A stretch of 63,637 nt of DNA, filler included, from Craspedostauros australis (Eukaryota): NCBI GenBank assembly GCA_030167865.1. It is 12 parts of 12 records of this genome, joined end to end, with 100 filler letters (N's around TTAATTAATTAA, not from the genome) between each part and the next. Parts side by side here need not be neighbours in the genome. Positions count along the whole stretch, not along the records: positions 23,776 to 29,072 come from JALAGF010005813.1; positions 29,173 to 33,023 come from JALAGF010005814.1; positions 33,124 to 55,785 come from JALAGF010005815.1; 9 more parts are not named here. One strand, written 5' to 3'. Position 1 is the stretch's first letter; the number at the start of each line of letters is the position of its first letter. Both the position numbers and the translations under genes were made by a program. Positions 23,676 to 36,944 of the stretch are shown one piece after another. A model generated the notes under the pieces. That model did no database searches. It had not been told where the DNA came from and worked only from the letters and a program-made list of their open reading frames with translations.

Positions 23676-25683
23676 NNNNNNNNNNNNNNNNNNNNNNNNN
23701 NNNNNNNNNNNNNNNNNNNTTAATTAATTAANNNNNNNNNNNNNNNNNNNNNNNNNNNNNNNNNNNNNNNNNNNNCTGCTTTTGTTGTTGCTAGTGATGA
23801 TGTTGTCAACAGCGTTGATGCTGATGCTGGTGGCTTTCTTCATGCTGCTTCGGAGGCCATTGTTGGCGTTGCCATCACCGTCATTCTCCTTGTTGCTATC
23901 GTTGGCATCCACGCTGGCATCCACGCTGACATCATAGTCGGCATAGCCATGTCTGGCAGATGGCAACGGAAGGTCGGATGGTGGATCGAGAGGACGTCTC
24001 TTGGATGATGTCGGCGACTTCCTGCCATTCTTTGGGATAACGGAGACAGTTGAATGCTCAGAACGGCCAGAGTCCGAGTCGGCGATGGCGATCGCAAGTG
24101 CAAGTGAGAGCGATATGGGACGTGCTTGGTGTTGGTGAGAATCGTTGCGAACCATCTTTGCGTTGTTGTTGTTGTCGTGCGATCTGGAGTTGTTGTTAGA
24201 ACGTTGTGTGTTACTGTGTGGTTGTTGTGATTCGGTTGATCCTGTTAAAATTGTGAGAGATAGATGAGGCGAAGCTCCGACTGTCGGTTGTTGTTGGAGG
24301 TATCCTTCAAGTATTTGAAGGTATGTGTTGATTAGCGCTGAGTATTGCTACGTATTGGTATGTACGCTCTCTCTGTCTGTCTGCATTGTGTCGTGCAAAG
24401 TATTGGCAGAGGGTGGCTATTCATGCACAACGACCAGCGGGATGTCACTTCGTTGGGTCACGCACACCTACGTCAGGCGAAAAGCAATGCTAGCGCCAAC
24501 GACAACAAGAACAACATCAACGAACGTCCCTGGTTTCTCATGGGGATCCAAGTTTCTCTTCTTGTTTCGCTCTTCTCTGTCGTCTTGTCGGCCACCCAAG
24601 CCAATGCTCGTAACACCGCCAGGCCAACAACTGTAGTTTCACGGACAGGGAAAACCATGACAACGACAACAAAAACGAAAACGACCACAGCAGCACAAGT
24701 TACATGGCTCGTAAGACCACTCCACGCTGATGAACACTCGTACGTACTTACGCTCTCGCCCACACCAAGGACGAACAACTCACGCGACAGCGATCACGAC
24801 AACAACAACAGCAACAACAACAACAACACGGAAAAGAAAGTGAGACTGGATTGCCTGCGTACAGAACACGGAGGTTCCAAGACAATCCAAAACAATCCAG
24901 ACACAAGCAGAAAATATCTCCATTCCACCGACGCTTCGTTCTGTTTGCTACTGAAAACCATGTCGCATTCTCTTTGCATTTCTCCGTCTTTGAGTGACAC
25001 CTTGGACGCATCTTGTTTGAATCCAATACCCATGCCTCAAGCATAAATACTATCAGAGGGGCTTGTCATTCCAAACGTCACGACACCATGATCACTCACT
25101 ACGACATGTTTGACAGGTCACAATAATTATGCTTCAGAGCCTTCTATTCGTACTCGTAACCCACGTTCTTCGCGTGACGAGAACGGACTATCCGCTGTGA
25201 CATTTAAAACACCGAGCAAACAACACGGATCGAGAGACAGCACAACTTTGAAAGTAGCGGTAGAATATACATAAAGACACGAAACAGAGAAAGCGAACAC
25301 GAGAGTGAATGAACAAAACGGACAGCGAAAACACAAATACGAACAACTCTACATACACGTCTCAATGGCACATCAACCCAAACGTGCCATGCCAACACCA
25401 CAAACAAACCAACAACCGGACTTCAGCAAATGAAGATGTCCCAGCGACCCATTGGTGAATGCATTGAAGATCCTCCACCGTTGGATAGACAATTACAGTT
25501 ACATTTTACATTTACAGTACCATTGACATCGGAACATTAATCTGCGACTGTTGCGTCTGCACTTCCGATTGAACACTTGCAATGCAATGCAATGCAATGG
25601 ACTAGCTCGCACTCTACGAGCTATCGCGGCCTCGCTTCCGCTTCCGTTCCCACTCCCACGCTCAATATTTACTCCAACGTGCT

Positions 25684-25830
25684 CTACTTAGCGACGTTCG
25701 CAGGGGTGATTCGTTTCCTTCGGTAGAAGAGGACGTACGCCATTTCGGACACGACGTGCCGCGGAGGTATGGGCTCGACGAGGTCATCATCGAACTGGAG
25801 CCAGAGCGGGTTGGAGAACGTTATTCCTGC
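25684..25830 (-). pseudogene. C-terminal fragment of a ubiquitin-specific protease (USP/C19)
   Basis: 'WLQFDDDLVEPIPPRHVVSEMAYVLFYRR' matches the USP terminal WxxFDD…AYxLFY pattern; no Cys-box or His-box exon is visible upstream. Confidence 0.6.
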
Positions 25831-26575
25831 TCTCAGCGATGAAGAGACAATGGAATGCAATTCATCTTCGTCCATGTTTGGCAGGGCAAACATAACTGGT
25901 TGGAGCAGAGTCCTTGGATGCTGAAAAATGGCTGCGAGGCTCGAGCTTCATTCCATTGCTCTGCAATCTTTGATCCGCCATGGGCATGATGGGCATGCTC
26001 ATCATAGCTTTGTCCAGTTCACCGTTTACTTCCATGCAACAAGCTAGAATCGCAATATGATGTGTGGCCAATGAAATAGTGGAGCGAGTCACACATACAA
26101 AGCTGCTGGCTTCTATGCAAGTGTGCTGTGCACATGGTATCAACGTGATCTGACCATTCTGGCACTCTTGACATCATCATGGAGCTTGAGGCCAATGTGC
26201 TAGTAGCTTTCTATGATACCTTTGGGTGAGGACCATCCCTCCATCCATGAGTGTCGAGATGTACATGTGAGTATATGTCGAGATGTACGTGTATATGTGC
26301 ATCGTTCACCTGTTATTCTCTCATACGCACTTGGANNNNNNNNNNNNNNNNNNNNNNNNNNNNNNNNNNNNNNNNNNNNNNNNNNNNNNNNNNNNNNNNN
26401 NNNNNNNNNNNNNNNNNNNNNNNNNNNNNNNNNNNNNNNNNNNNNNNNNNNNNNNNNNNNNNNNNNNNNNNNNNNNNNNNNNNNNNNNNNNNNNNNNNNN
26501 NNNNNNNNNNNNNNNNNNNNNNNNNNNNNNNNNNNNNNNNNNNNNNNNNNNNNNNNNNNNNNNNNNNNNNNNNNN

Positions 26576-27000
26576 TGACATCTGGAGAGCAGAAGGACGC
26601 CTACTGACGTCAACAGGATGTCATCATGTCACCACGTCGACATCTGTCTCCAAGTCAGAACAGGAGGCAAAGATCCGATGACCGAAGGACATCAGCATCA
26701 TGGATACAGAAGGTGAACTTCAAATGGCGAGTACTCATGGAGTAGGAGCCAGTACTGAATGAACGGAGTGTCGAATACGGAGTACGTATNGAACACGGAG
26801 TATCGTGTGCGACGAGCACACGATGTTGAGAGAGAGAGAATACAGAAGAGGAGCGAGAGAGCATCTCGCGTACCAACTCATAGTCGGAGACCGAATCTAC
26901 GAAACAGATTAAAGCGCCGAGAGCATCGGGCGAGAGAACGGCGTACACCGAGAGCATCGGAGTAGTCAAGTAATGAAATAGCAAAGAGACGACTATCAAC
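26576..27000 (+). mobile_element. Candidate 5' LTR end, primer-binding site and leader
   Basis: …GAACTTCA (ends 26722), AA, then TGGCGAGTAC (TGG is complementary to tRNA CCA); the leader is repeated at 20254-20520. Confidence 0.5.
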
Positions 27001-27041
27001 CAACACCATCTTCCACGATCGTAGGTTTCCGTGAGCGGAAC

Positions 27042-29072
27042 TTGCCAACACAGGCGCACCTACCGAGACAACTGCGCGGCAAACTATGGGCAGAGGCGGC
27101 AAGGAACGCAACGCAGATCGAGAACATCATCGAAACTAAGTCGAGAGATCCTGCATGCCTGCTACTCAATGGACAGACCCCAACCTACGCGAAAGGATTG
27201 CGTATCTTCGGGGAGATCGGAATGGTCTACATCGGCAGTCGCGCAATCAAAGCGAAACTGGATGACAGGTCCAAGCCAGCCATGTTCGTCGGGTACGGAC
27301 TGTCTCATGCGAATGGTGTATACCGCATGATGAACCTGGCAACCACGAGAATCCTAATCACCAGAGACGTGACATGGATGAACCAGTCGTACGGGCAATT
27401 CAAAGGTATTGAGAATGCCAACAGAACACAAATGGTGGATCTGGAAGACGACGACTTTGATGCCGGAGCAGCACTCCGCAATACGAAGGTGACTTGGGAG
27501 CGTGATACGAGTATCGCAAGAGAAGCGAAGGCCGTATCAACTGATCGAAGCAGAGAGCCCGGAACAGACTACGAAGATACCACAGGCTACGCATCGAAGC
27601 AAGATGAACTGCTACCTGCCCAAGGGGACGAACCATCAGACGATGAAGACGACGATGAATTCGTAAGGGACGACACACGAGTGACTCGAAGACAAGCCGC
27701 CGAAGGCAGAGAGATCGAGCAACCCCCAGCGAGACCTGTGGCAAAGATGTCAAGGATGCTACGAGGTTTGGTCCCATACAACAATCCGCCAGAATATGAA
27801 TCCGACTCAGAATCAAGCAGTGGAGGCGATGAATCAGCTGAGGCAGCTGAAGCGATCCCTGCAACTACGGGCGAACGAGACTTCCATTCGAACATATCCA
27901 TGTTCAATCGAGATGTGGCGAGTCTAATGATCGATACCACAGAAGGGAGAATGAGGCTGGATGAGTTCATCGCAGCAAGCCAACGAGTCGAAAGAGGGGA
28001 TTGGAACGAAACGTCCGAGCATGCATACACGGCTATGATGCTGGACCCTACCACCTTCGAGGAATGCTGGGATCATGCAGATCCAGAGAAGCGAAGGAAG
28101 TGGCGGGAAGCCATCAATAAGGAGTTCTACGATATGACGAGACGAGGAGTCTGGCAGAAGATCAAGAAGAACAAGATGCCGAGGGATCGGCGATGTGTGA
28201 AGACGAAATGGGTCTTCAAGGAGAAGAGGAATGGAGTCTTCCGCGCCAGGTTGGTTGCATGTGGATACTCACAGATTGCTGGAGTGGATTTTTCCGCTCA
28301 TCATGCACCAGTGATCCATGATGCAACGTACCGAGTGATGCTGACTATGAAGATGCTGTTGAAGACAGACAGTATCATCATCGACTTCGAAACAGCCTTC
28401 CTGCATGGAGATCTCGAGGAAGAGATCTACATGCAATGCCCCAAAGGAATGGAGCATGAACCGGACGAATGCCTGCTGCTGAAGAAGACCATCTACGGGC
28501 TGGTTCAGAGCGCAAGGCAGTGGAATAAGAAGCTTGTGGACATCCTAATCAAGCTTGGCTTCCGGCAGAGCAAGGTGGACCCATACCTGCTAATTCGGAA
28601 TCGGGAAGGGAACCTCGTCCTTATCGGGACGTACGTCGATGATTGTCTGTGCATCGGAAGCACCCTCGAACTGAAGCGACTGGTGAAGGACATCAAACGC
28701 GAACGATTCGGAATCAAGATCGAGGATGGACTCGAAGACTACTTGAGTTGTCGGATCGAATTCAACGAGAGCGAAACCAACTGCTGGGTGAACCAGCCAC
28801 ACATCATCAAGAACATCACGGATACATTCAAGGGCGACGTGATGAAGCTTCAACGATACGGTACACCAGGGACGCCAGGACAAGGCATCCAGAGAGAGAG
28901 TGACTCACCAAAGGTCGACAAGCAGCGACATAGCAACTACCGAAGCGGAGTGGGGATGCTGCTATACCTGGTGAAACACTCACGACCTGACATCGCCAAT
29001 GCAGTGCGAGAACTGACCAAGGTGTTGGATGGACCAACGGCCGCAGCATACAAGGAGATGCTGAGAGTCATG
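27042..29072 (+). mobile_element. Ty1/copia pol: integrase C-terminal region plus reverse transcriptase
   Basis: LWAEA…, AMFVGY, KWVFKEK…RARLVACGYSQ, DFETAFLHG, LKKTIYGLVQSARQW, YVDD, YRSGVGMLLYL…RPDIA; IN precedes RT. Confidence 0.95.
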
Positions 29073-29172
29073 NNNNNNNNNNNNNNNNNNNNNNNNNNNN
29101 NNNNNNNNNNNNNNNNTTAATTAATTAANNNNNNNNNNNNNNNNNNNNNNNNNNNNNNNNNNNNNNNNNNNN

Positions 29173-32100
29173 GGTACCACTGGGAAGTGCAACCGAGAGT
29201 GTCCTTGATCCGACGAGCAGGGATCCAGCCGAAGTGTGGACGCAGTGCCTCATAGTTGATGGGCGAGTTGCGAACACGAACGGAACCGGAATTGCCTGCG
29301 GACCCGGAATGAGGGACTGTCCCGCGGGCCTCATCCGTCGATGCCGCATACACATGCAGGCGATCGAGGTCGGCGAGCGCGGAACCATCATCATCATCGT
29401 CCGCGAGGGCGCGGACATCATCAAGACCGAACTCCTGATCGAGGATGGAAGGGTCCCAGACNNNNNNNNNNNNNNNNNNNNNNNNNNNNNNNNGATCCAT
29501 CTCAGCAGGGGTCGGTGGGCGCATATCCATGTAGGACAGGCCAGCACGAATGGACAGCGGGATGACGTGCCCCTCAGGTGTGACGACAGTTTGCCGACCA
29601 CCAGGGAGTCCACGCGGGCGTTCATTCACATCCATACCGAACGCAGATAGCTGGTTGGTAGAGTGGATGGACTTGCCCTTCCCGTATAGAGCGTACTGGT
29701 GGAACTTGGCGATGATCGGGCCACTGCTCGTATGAAGCAGGGCCGCGACCGTACCAATATCCAGACTTGCAATGGTGGAATCACCAATGCCGCTCACNTC
29801 TGCCGTGGTACCCGTCTTGCACAGGACCAGAACGTCGTCGCCAGCAAGGCCGCCATTGGCGCCACTGTCGACGAGTGCACCCGTCTTCGCCGCCACCGAG
29901 GTCTCGAAGTTGTAGCGGACCACGGTGGAGTTGACACGTCGCCATGCGCCACCCTCAGAATCGACGAAGTCAGCGTTCGATTGACTGGACTGACGCGCCT
30001 GGGCGAGCATGCGGTTGATGGCAGATCCCGGGGGACCGCCCTTGGGTTCCGCAGTGCCCCNNNNNNNNNNNNNNNNNNNNNNNNNNNNNNNNNNNNNNNN
30101 NNNNNNNNNNGGCGATGATCGGGCCACTGCTCGTATGAAGCAGGGCCGCGACCGTACCAATATCCAGACTTGCAATGGTGGAATCACCAATGCCACTCAC
30201 GTCTGCCGTGGTACCTGTCTTGCATAGAACCAGAACGTCGTCGCCAGCGAGACCGCCATTGGCGCCACTGTCGACGAGTGCACCCGTCTTTGCCGCCACC
30301 GAGGTCTCGAAGTTGTATCGGACCACGGTAGAGTTGACACGTCTCCACGCCCCGCCCTCAGAATCGACGAAGTCAGAAGTCGATTGACTGGACTGACGCG
30401 CCTGGGCGAGCATGCGGTTGATGGCGGATCCCGGGGACCCGCCCTTGGGTTCCGCAGTGCCCCCGGAACCTGACGGCGTGGAGGACCCTGGTACCGTGTC
30501 TGACGAAGAGTTCCCAGAGGACTTGGCTTTATTGGCAGCACGTGAAGTGTCTCCCTTGCCAGCACCACGGGATGAGTTGTTGTGCATGTAGTCCTTCTTC
30601 TGGGCCCAAGACATCGTTGCCCACTCCTCATTCGGAATGCGGGTACGCTCGTCGTTGGTGTAAGTCTTGCCATTGCCTTTGGCAGGAGACTTGCCCGAAG
30701 AACCACCCTTTCCCTTGCCGGTCGTAGCGTTGTTGACATTACGCTTCTGAACCTGACGAGGATGAGAGGAATCGAGGCGCTGAGCATGGATCCGAACCGA
30801 ATTGAGATGGTGATCGAATCCAGCCGCCTTGATCTCGAAACCGGAGGGCATGGCCGCGAGCATCTCGTCACGGACGTAGGATGTGCTCGTGAGAGCATTG
30901 AGGAGATCCTTGTCCGGAGCAATCGAGTTATGCAGCCACGTCTTCTTCGTGTTGTCCGGCAGAGCGTCATCTTCCATATCTTCGATATCAGAGATGATTC
31001 CCTGCCAGGTGTCCACGAAGTTCTCACGGTTCTTCTTCCAGCTGTTATCCAAGGTGAAGGAGGCAATGCGAGCACGAAGTGCCATTGCCGCGCTCTCACC
31101 GTTGACACCATTGGTGTAAGTCTCGATGAGACTCTGATAGACAGCTCGANNNNNNNNNNNNNNNNNNNNNNNNNNNNNNNNNNNNNNNNNNNNNNNNNNN
31201 NNNNNNNNNNNNNNNNNNNNNNNNNNNNNNNNNNNNNNNNNNNNNNNNNNNNNNNNNNNNNNNNNNNNNNNNNNNNNNNNNNNNNNNNNNNNNNNNNNNN
31301 NNNNNNNNNNNNNNNNNNNNNNNNNNNNNNNNNNNNNNNNNNNNNNNNNNNNNNNNNNNNNNNNNNNNNNNNNNNCTCACGCTTGACACCACGGCTGAAC
31401 TCCTTGGTGAACGACTCTGGGAGAGCGCTCGACGGAGCGAATGCAACACTTGGCACAGGGGCACCAGCGATTGGAGTTTCCGCGGGTGCAACGTGTGCCG
31501 AAGGTTCGGTCACCGGAGTAGCAAATCTGGTCCGATCAGGAGGGGACACAGATTCGATGTCCTCATCGTCATCCACAGTACGGCGAGTGCGAGAACTGGG
31601 AGGAACNNNNNNNNNNNNNNNNNNNNNNNNNNNNNNNNNNNNNNNNNNNNNNNNNNNNNNNNNNNNNNNNNNNNNNNNNNNNNNNNNNNNNNNNNNNNNN
31701 NNNNNNNNNNNNNNNNNNNNNNNNNNNNNNNNNNNNNNNNNNNNNNNNNNNNNNGCGAGGATCTTGTTGACAACAAGCACATTCATGGGACGGAATGTGT
31801 TGTCGTCGTCGTCGGTCACCTCGATTGCCAAGAGGGCAGGCTTATCGAGATGAATTAGATCCATTGCGTTGGCGATGCCGGCCTCGTTGAGAGCGCGACG
31901 TTGCCAAGAATGGGCCTGAATGCCAATGACAGACAAGACGTGGTTGAGTNNNNNNNNNNNNNNNNNNNNNNNNNNNNNNNNNNNNNNNNNNNNNNNNNNC
32001 AGGAGGGGACACAGATTCGATGTCCTCATCGTCATCCACAGTACGGCGAGTGCGAGAACTGGGAGGAACGATGCCGACACCTCTTCGGGGTCGGTAGCTG

Positions 32101-32456
32101 GCCGGGGTCCGGGGACCCGCGGCCCCGATGACGGATGGGTGCGAGATGTCGTACATGTCGACACTCATCCATTCATCGGGAGTCAATCGTGGTTGGAGAT
32201 TGATCCAGCGTACCAAAGCGAGGATCTTGTTGACAACAAGCACATTCATGGGACGAAATGTGTTGTCGTCGTCGTCGGTCACCTCGATTGCCAAGAGGGC
32301 AGGCTTATCAAGATGAATCAGATCCATTGCGTTGGCGATGCCGGCCTCATTGAGAGCGCGACGTTGCCAAGAATGGGCCTGAATGCCAATGACAGACAAG
32401 ACGTGGTTGAGTATGGTGTACTCGTTGATGTCGGTGACGTTGGTGTTGGTAGCCAT
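29173..32456 (-). mobile_element. CoDi-type Ty1/copia gag-protease-integrase start (fragmented, collapsed copies)
   Basis: Gag-like ORF from ATG 32456, protease ALVDSGANGGLAG, then YEALRPHFGWIP, which is shared with the pol at 55886-59440. Confidence 0.85.
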
Positions 32457-33123
32457 GGTAGAAAGCGTTCGGTGATGGGTGATGGGTTTTGGGTGATGGT
32501 TGATGTGATGTGATGTAGATTGTTTGCGTTGTGTTGTGTTTTGTTGTAGTTGGCGGAGTATTTGTTTGTTATGTTATTTCTGGTTTCTCGCGTAGATCGC
32601 TGTGGGCGATGTTGTTGTACGATTCAAGAAATAGAGCAGGAAAGCACACTTGATCAATCGTCTGTGACGAGATGTTTCGATTCAAGAGAGGATTGGCGTG
32701 TGGAGCAGTTTGGAAAGAGAGAGTGTACACACTTGGACTGTGATGTCTGGAGTGTGGTGAGCGCGCGAGGGCCGAAGCCGAGTGGAGCTGAACGGTGGAG
32801 TCCGAACAGAAGAGTGTGTCTGCACAGAGAACTGGGCAGAGAGTGTCACGTCGTCACGTGGGGTAGCTGAGGATGCTTGAAGCAGAGGAAGTGGATATTC
32901 ACTCGATCAACACAGGTGTGGAGCGAGTGCGACTGTTAATCTGATAGAACGATAATGAAAACGAGGGTAACTTACTGTACGCCGAAGGGTGATCAATCCG
33001 TGGTAGTGCAGTAGGTTGGTGAGNNNNNNNNNNNNNNNNNNNNNNNNNNNNNNNNNNNNNNNNNNNNTTAATTAATTAANNNNNNNNNNNNNNNNNNNNN
33101 NNNNNNNNNNNNNNNNNNNNNNN

Positions 33124-33340
33124 CGCCGCCCCGTCTCCTGCCGTTGACGTCCAGTGACGCTTAGCGTAACATGCATGCTCTAACTACACCTACACTATCT
33201 AATGCACACTATATAATGCGCACAATCGAATACACCACAAGGACAGCAGCTTCCCCAACATCATCCGTTCCTGCCGGATGACTCATGCAGAAAAACGAGG
33301 CGTCACAAAGCGCCTACGGCGCATAGTTAAAGACTATAAT
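33124..33340 (+). mobile_element. Possible 3' end of a non-LTR element related to the satellite insertion
   Basis: Shares the 17-mer AAAGCGCCTACGGCGCA (33307-33323 vs 3326-3342) and is also preceded by a stem-loop (TCATCCG…CGGATGA). Confidence 0.35.
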
Positions 33341-36300
33341 CTATGTGGTAAACAACAACTACGACTTCTCCAAAACATGTCTCGACATGTGTGNNNNNNN
33401 NNNNNNNNNNNNNNNNNNNNNNNNNNNNNNNNNNNNNNNNNNNNNNNNNNNNNNNNNNNNNNNNNNNNNNNNNNNNNNNNNNNNNNTAGTCTAGGAAAGA
33501 AACAAGGCAATTCAAGAACAATGAAGATGCGAACCGAAGAAACATGTACGCTTATGATTGGATAAAAAATTGTCAATTCAGTTTGCTTCCGCGTGGAGTT
33601 CGTATTTGGCGGGACTCTTCAAATTACATGGCATGTCAAACGAAACTTTCGTTTGACATGCCATGTAATTTGAAGAAGCGAAATTCTCATCCACCCCCCA
33701 AAATAAATGTCTCTATCAGGTTATTTTGGACCCTGGGACTCATCANNNNNNNNNNNNNNNNNNNNNNNNNNNNNNNNNNNNNNNNNNNNNNNNNNACTAC
33801 GACTTCTCCAAAACATGTCTCGACATGTGTGGAATTGGTTGCCTGAGGACAAAGCCTGCGAAAAGGCAAGGATCAGCTTCGTGCATGCTGCAACATGGCT
33901 GACTCGAACCGTTCACATCAACGATAGTCTAGGAAAGAAACAAGGCAATTCAAGAACAATGAAGATGCGAACCGAAGAAACATGNNNNNNNNNNNNNNNN
34001 NNNNNNNNNNNNNNNNNNNNNNNNNNNNNNNNNNNNNNNNNNNNNNNNNNNNNNNNNNNNNNNNNNNNNNNNNNNNNNNNNNNNNNNNNNNNNNNNNNNC
34101 ATGTAATTTGAAGAAGCGAAATTCTCATCCACCCCCCAAAATAAATGTCTCTATCAGGTTATTTTGGACCCTGGGACTCATCAAATTACATGCGATATCT
34201 CCCTATTGCGTGGGGAAGACGATGTCGTTGCAACATCCGACCAAAGTCGTACCTCCGTCGGATCATGTCATCCCAACAGCCAACCTACGTCATCTGATGT
34301 CCGATCAATGTTTGACCAATGTCAGACCAATGTTACCGCAAAGTATGACATTGCGGTGACAGGTTTTTTCCACGTTTCGAAGGCACAACTTGCCACCCCC
34401 CTCTGCGGTCACTTAGTATGATTAGTTCACAACTAGACACATAGAATAACCAAAGGAGGCCTCTCCTATCACGTAGTGGCATTTTTGTTCCCATTAATAT
34501 TATAGTTATCTCTACAGAGGGTGTCTAAATTGGTGTGATTAGCCTTACTCCTCGCAAAAATGTCAATAACGGTTGTCACATGTCAGACATACATCATACT
34601 GATGTATGATGTTTGTCGGCTGATTGCATACTGACGTCGGATGTTGATCAGCTTGCTGTGCATGCTGGTCNGACCAACGTCGTACGACGTCGACTGGACC
34701 TCATAGCGACGTGACTGTTTGCCACAACAACGCGCTTGTGTCTGTCTTGTGCGGAAACATGCCTACATACACAACATCAACGAAGCAGCGATGTTCATCA
34801 TCCTCGCGGTAGCAAACGAGTTGTTCTTGCGTGAGACATGTCCGTTCTGTTCCACACCAAGCAAGCACAACAATTAACCATTCACATCTCGCCATCACCG
34901 CAGCGGAGGATTCGCCACTCACAAGGTCGAGCAGAAACTGGCATTCTCTTGCGGTTTGACATNNNNNNNNNNNNNNNNNNNNNNNNNNNNNNNNNNNNNN
35001 NNNNNNNNNNNNACATACATCATACTGATGTATGATGTTTGTCGGCTGATTGCATACTGACGTCGGATGTTGATCAGCTTGCTGTGCATGCTGGTCTGAC
35101 CAACGTCGTACGACGTCGACTGGACCTCATAGCGACGTGACTGTTTGCCACAACAACGCGCTTGTGTCTGTCTTGTGCGGAAACATGCCTACATACACAA
35201 CATCAACGAAGCAGCGATGTTCATCATCCTCGCGGTAGCAAACGAGTTGTTCTTGCGTGAGACATGTCCGTTCTGTTCCACACCAAGCAAGCACAACAAT
35301 TAANCATTCACATCTCGCCATCACCGCAGCGGAGGATTCGCCACTCACAAGGTCGAGCAGAAACTGGCATTCTCTTGCGGTTTGACATTCGACAGCAGTC
35401 ACGGCAAACCAACAGAAGAAAAAGTGCTTTATCTTTACGACCAAGTAGTTTGCATTGTTTTCTGTCAATAGTCATAGGTCTGCAGTGGTGGGCGATCACG
35501 ATTTGCGCATGTCATTTGGGCGTGGAACGGGGGCAGCCCAGGAAGGGCTGAACTGCGCACGTTTCTATGTACTGGGCGCTATCAAACCAACACCAGAAAT
35601 GGGATTCGTGCAACATCTATCATCCACGACATCACAAGCAACATCGATTTCCAGACAGATGTATCACCAGGCAACTACATGTACAGCACGACTGCGAACG
35701 ACCACGAGCGGCACTCCTCTCTCCAACAATGCTGTACTCTAGACGCGATTAATAGTATTCTGTGGAAATGATAGTACCGGATGACACTCATGCTACGAGA
35801 CACCGCGATGGACACGGCAGCGGGCTGGTTCCTTCGCAACCCCTGTTGTGTGTTTTGCAGTCCTCAGTCGCACAAGATGTTCCGCCCGCAGGTGTCGTTG
35901 TTGCCTGTTTACATTGACAACTGCGCTTCCGCAGATGATAGTGCCATGACAGTCACAGTGACATTCCCCCAACCACTGATGCAATGGCTGCTGTGTGGTT
36001 CACTCAAACATGATACAAGTATTGTGCGGGTACGGTTTGACTTGACATTTCCTCAGTGTTGTGTCAAGACATTTTTGGTCCGGCAAAACCACGGTCCGAT
36101 TGTATGACGTTTTGTGTTTCACTTGATTTGCTTGTGCTCGATTGATTCTAGCATAGCATTATTCTGCACAACCATTGGCGTGGCGGTGATGTGCGTTCCC
36201 TCAAACATGGTGTGGTTGGCCACACAGAGAACTCCTATCAATCAACACATCGGATGATGATGGTGCTGTTGATGTTGTGGCGGAAATCATGAAGCACATC

Positions 36301-36944
36301 CTACTTTGGTCAGCAGTTCGAAACCGAGGATCTCCTCTCGAACAGATATTCATCGACCGTACTAACGGACACAATGTAGGACCAACATTGGATGACGCCG
36401 AAATACACGATGTCCGACATGCGCCCAACTGCTAACTGAAGTACGATCAAAGTGAATCCAAAATCGAACAATGCGGCATAATGTCCGATAAAATGTCTAA
36501 TATCGCAACTGTTGTGCGTCCTCCCAGTCTTGTTTGTTGAAACATGCGATAGATATTGTGTGTATGTCTGAATTTTGGTATGTGTCGTACCTCTTTGATA
36601 TGCAAAACATAAGATACCTTTCTGCTCCCGTCTGTGCATTGGCGCACGTTGAACTGAAAAGATCTGCACACGACAACTCTGCAATTGCGCGATGGCGAAG
36701 GAAGAACACATGCGTTCAGCGGAAATGGCCACCGCAATCGCCGTTGACATCGTCGTTGTTTCACAAGCGCTGGTTGTGTGATGTGGGAGGAGGATGTGAG
36801 GGTGTGTAGGTACAGCATGTGTTTGTGAGCTGGTTGGGTGGGTGATGACCCGAAACAACCTCTTGCAACGACGACCGAGGTTCCCATGGCAATTTCATCC
36901 CCTCACCCACACAAACACACCCGCACCAACAAACCGACTTGACC

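Noticed and set aside
23776..25046. Divergent hypothetical genes (24155 minus, 24345 plus)
   Set aside because: Low-complexity with no domain; the minus ORF may be a real N-terminus but is cut by the scaffold end.
32900..33023. 5' LTR and PBS of the CoDi element
   Set aside because: A plausible …ATTAACA end exists on the minus strand, but no second LTR copy or recognisable PBS confirms it.
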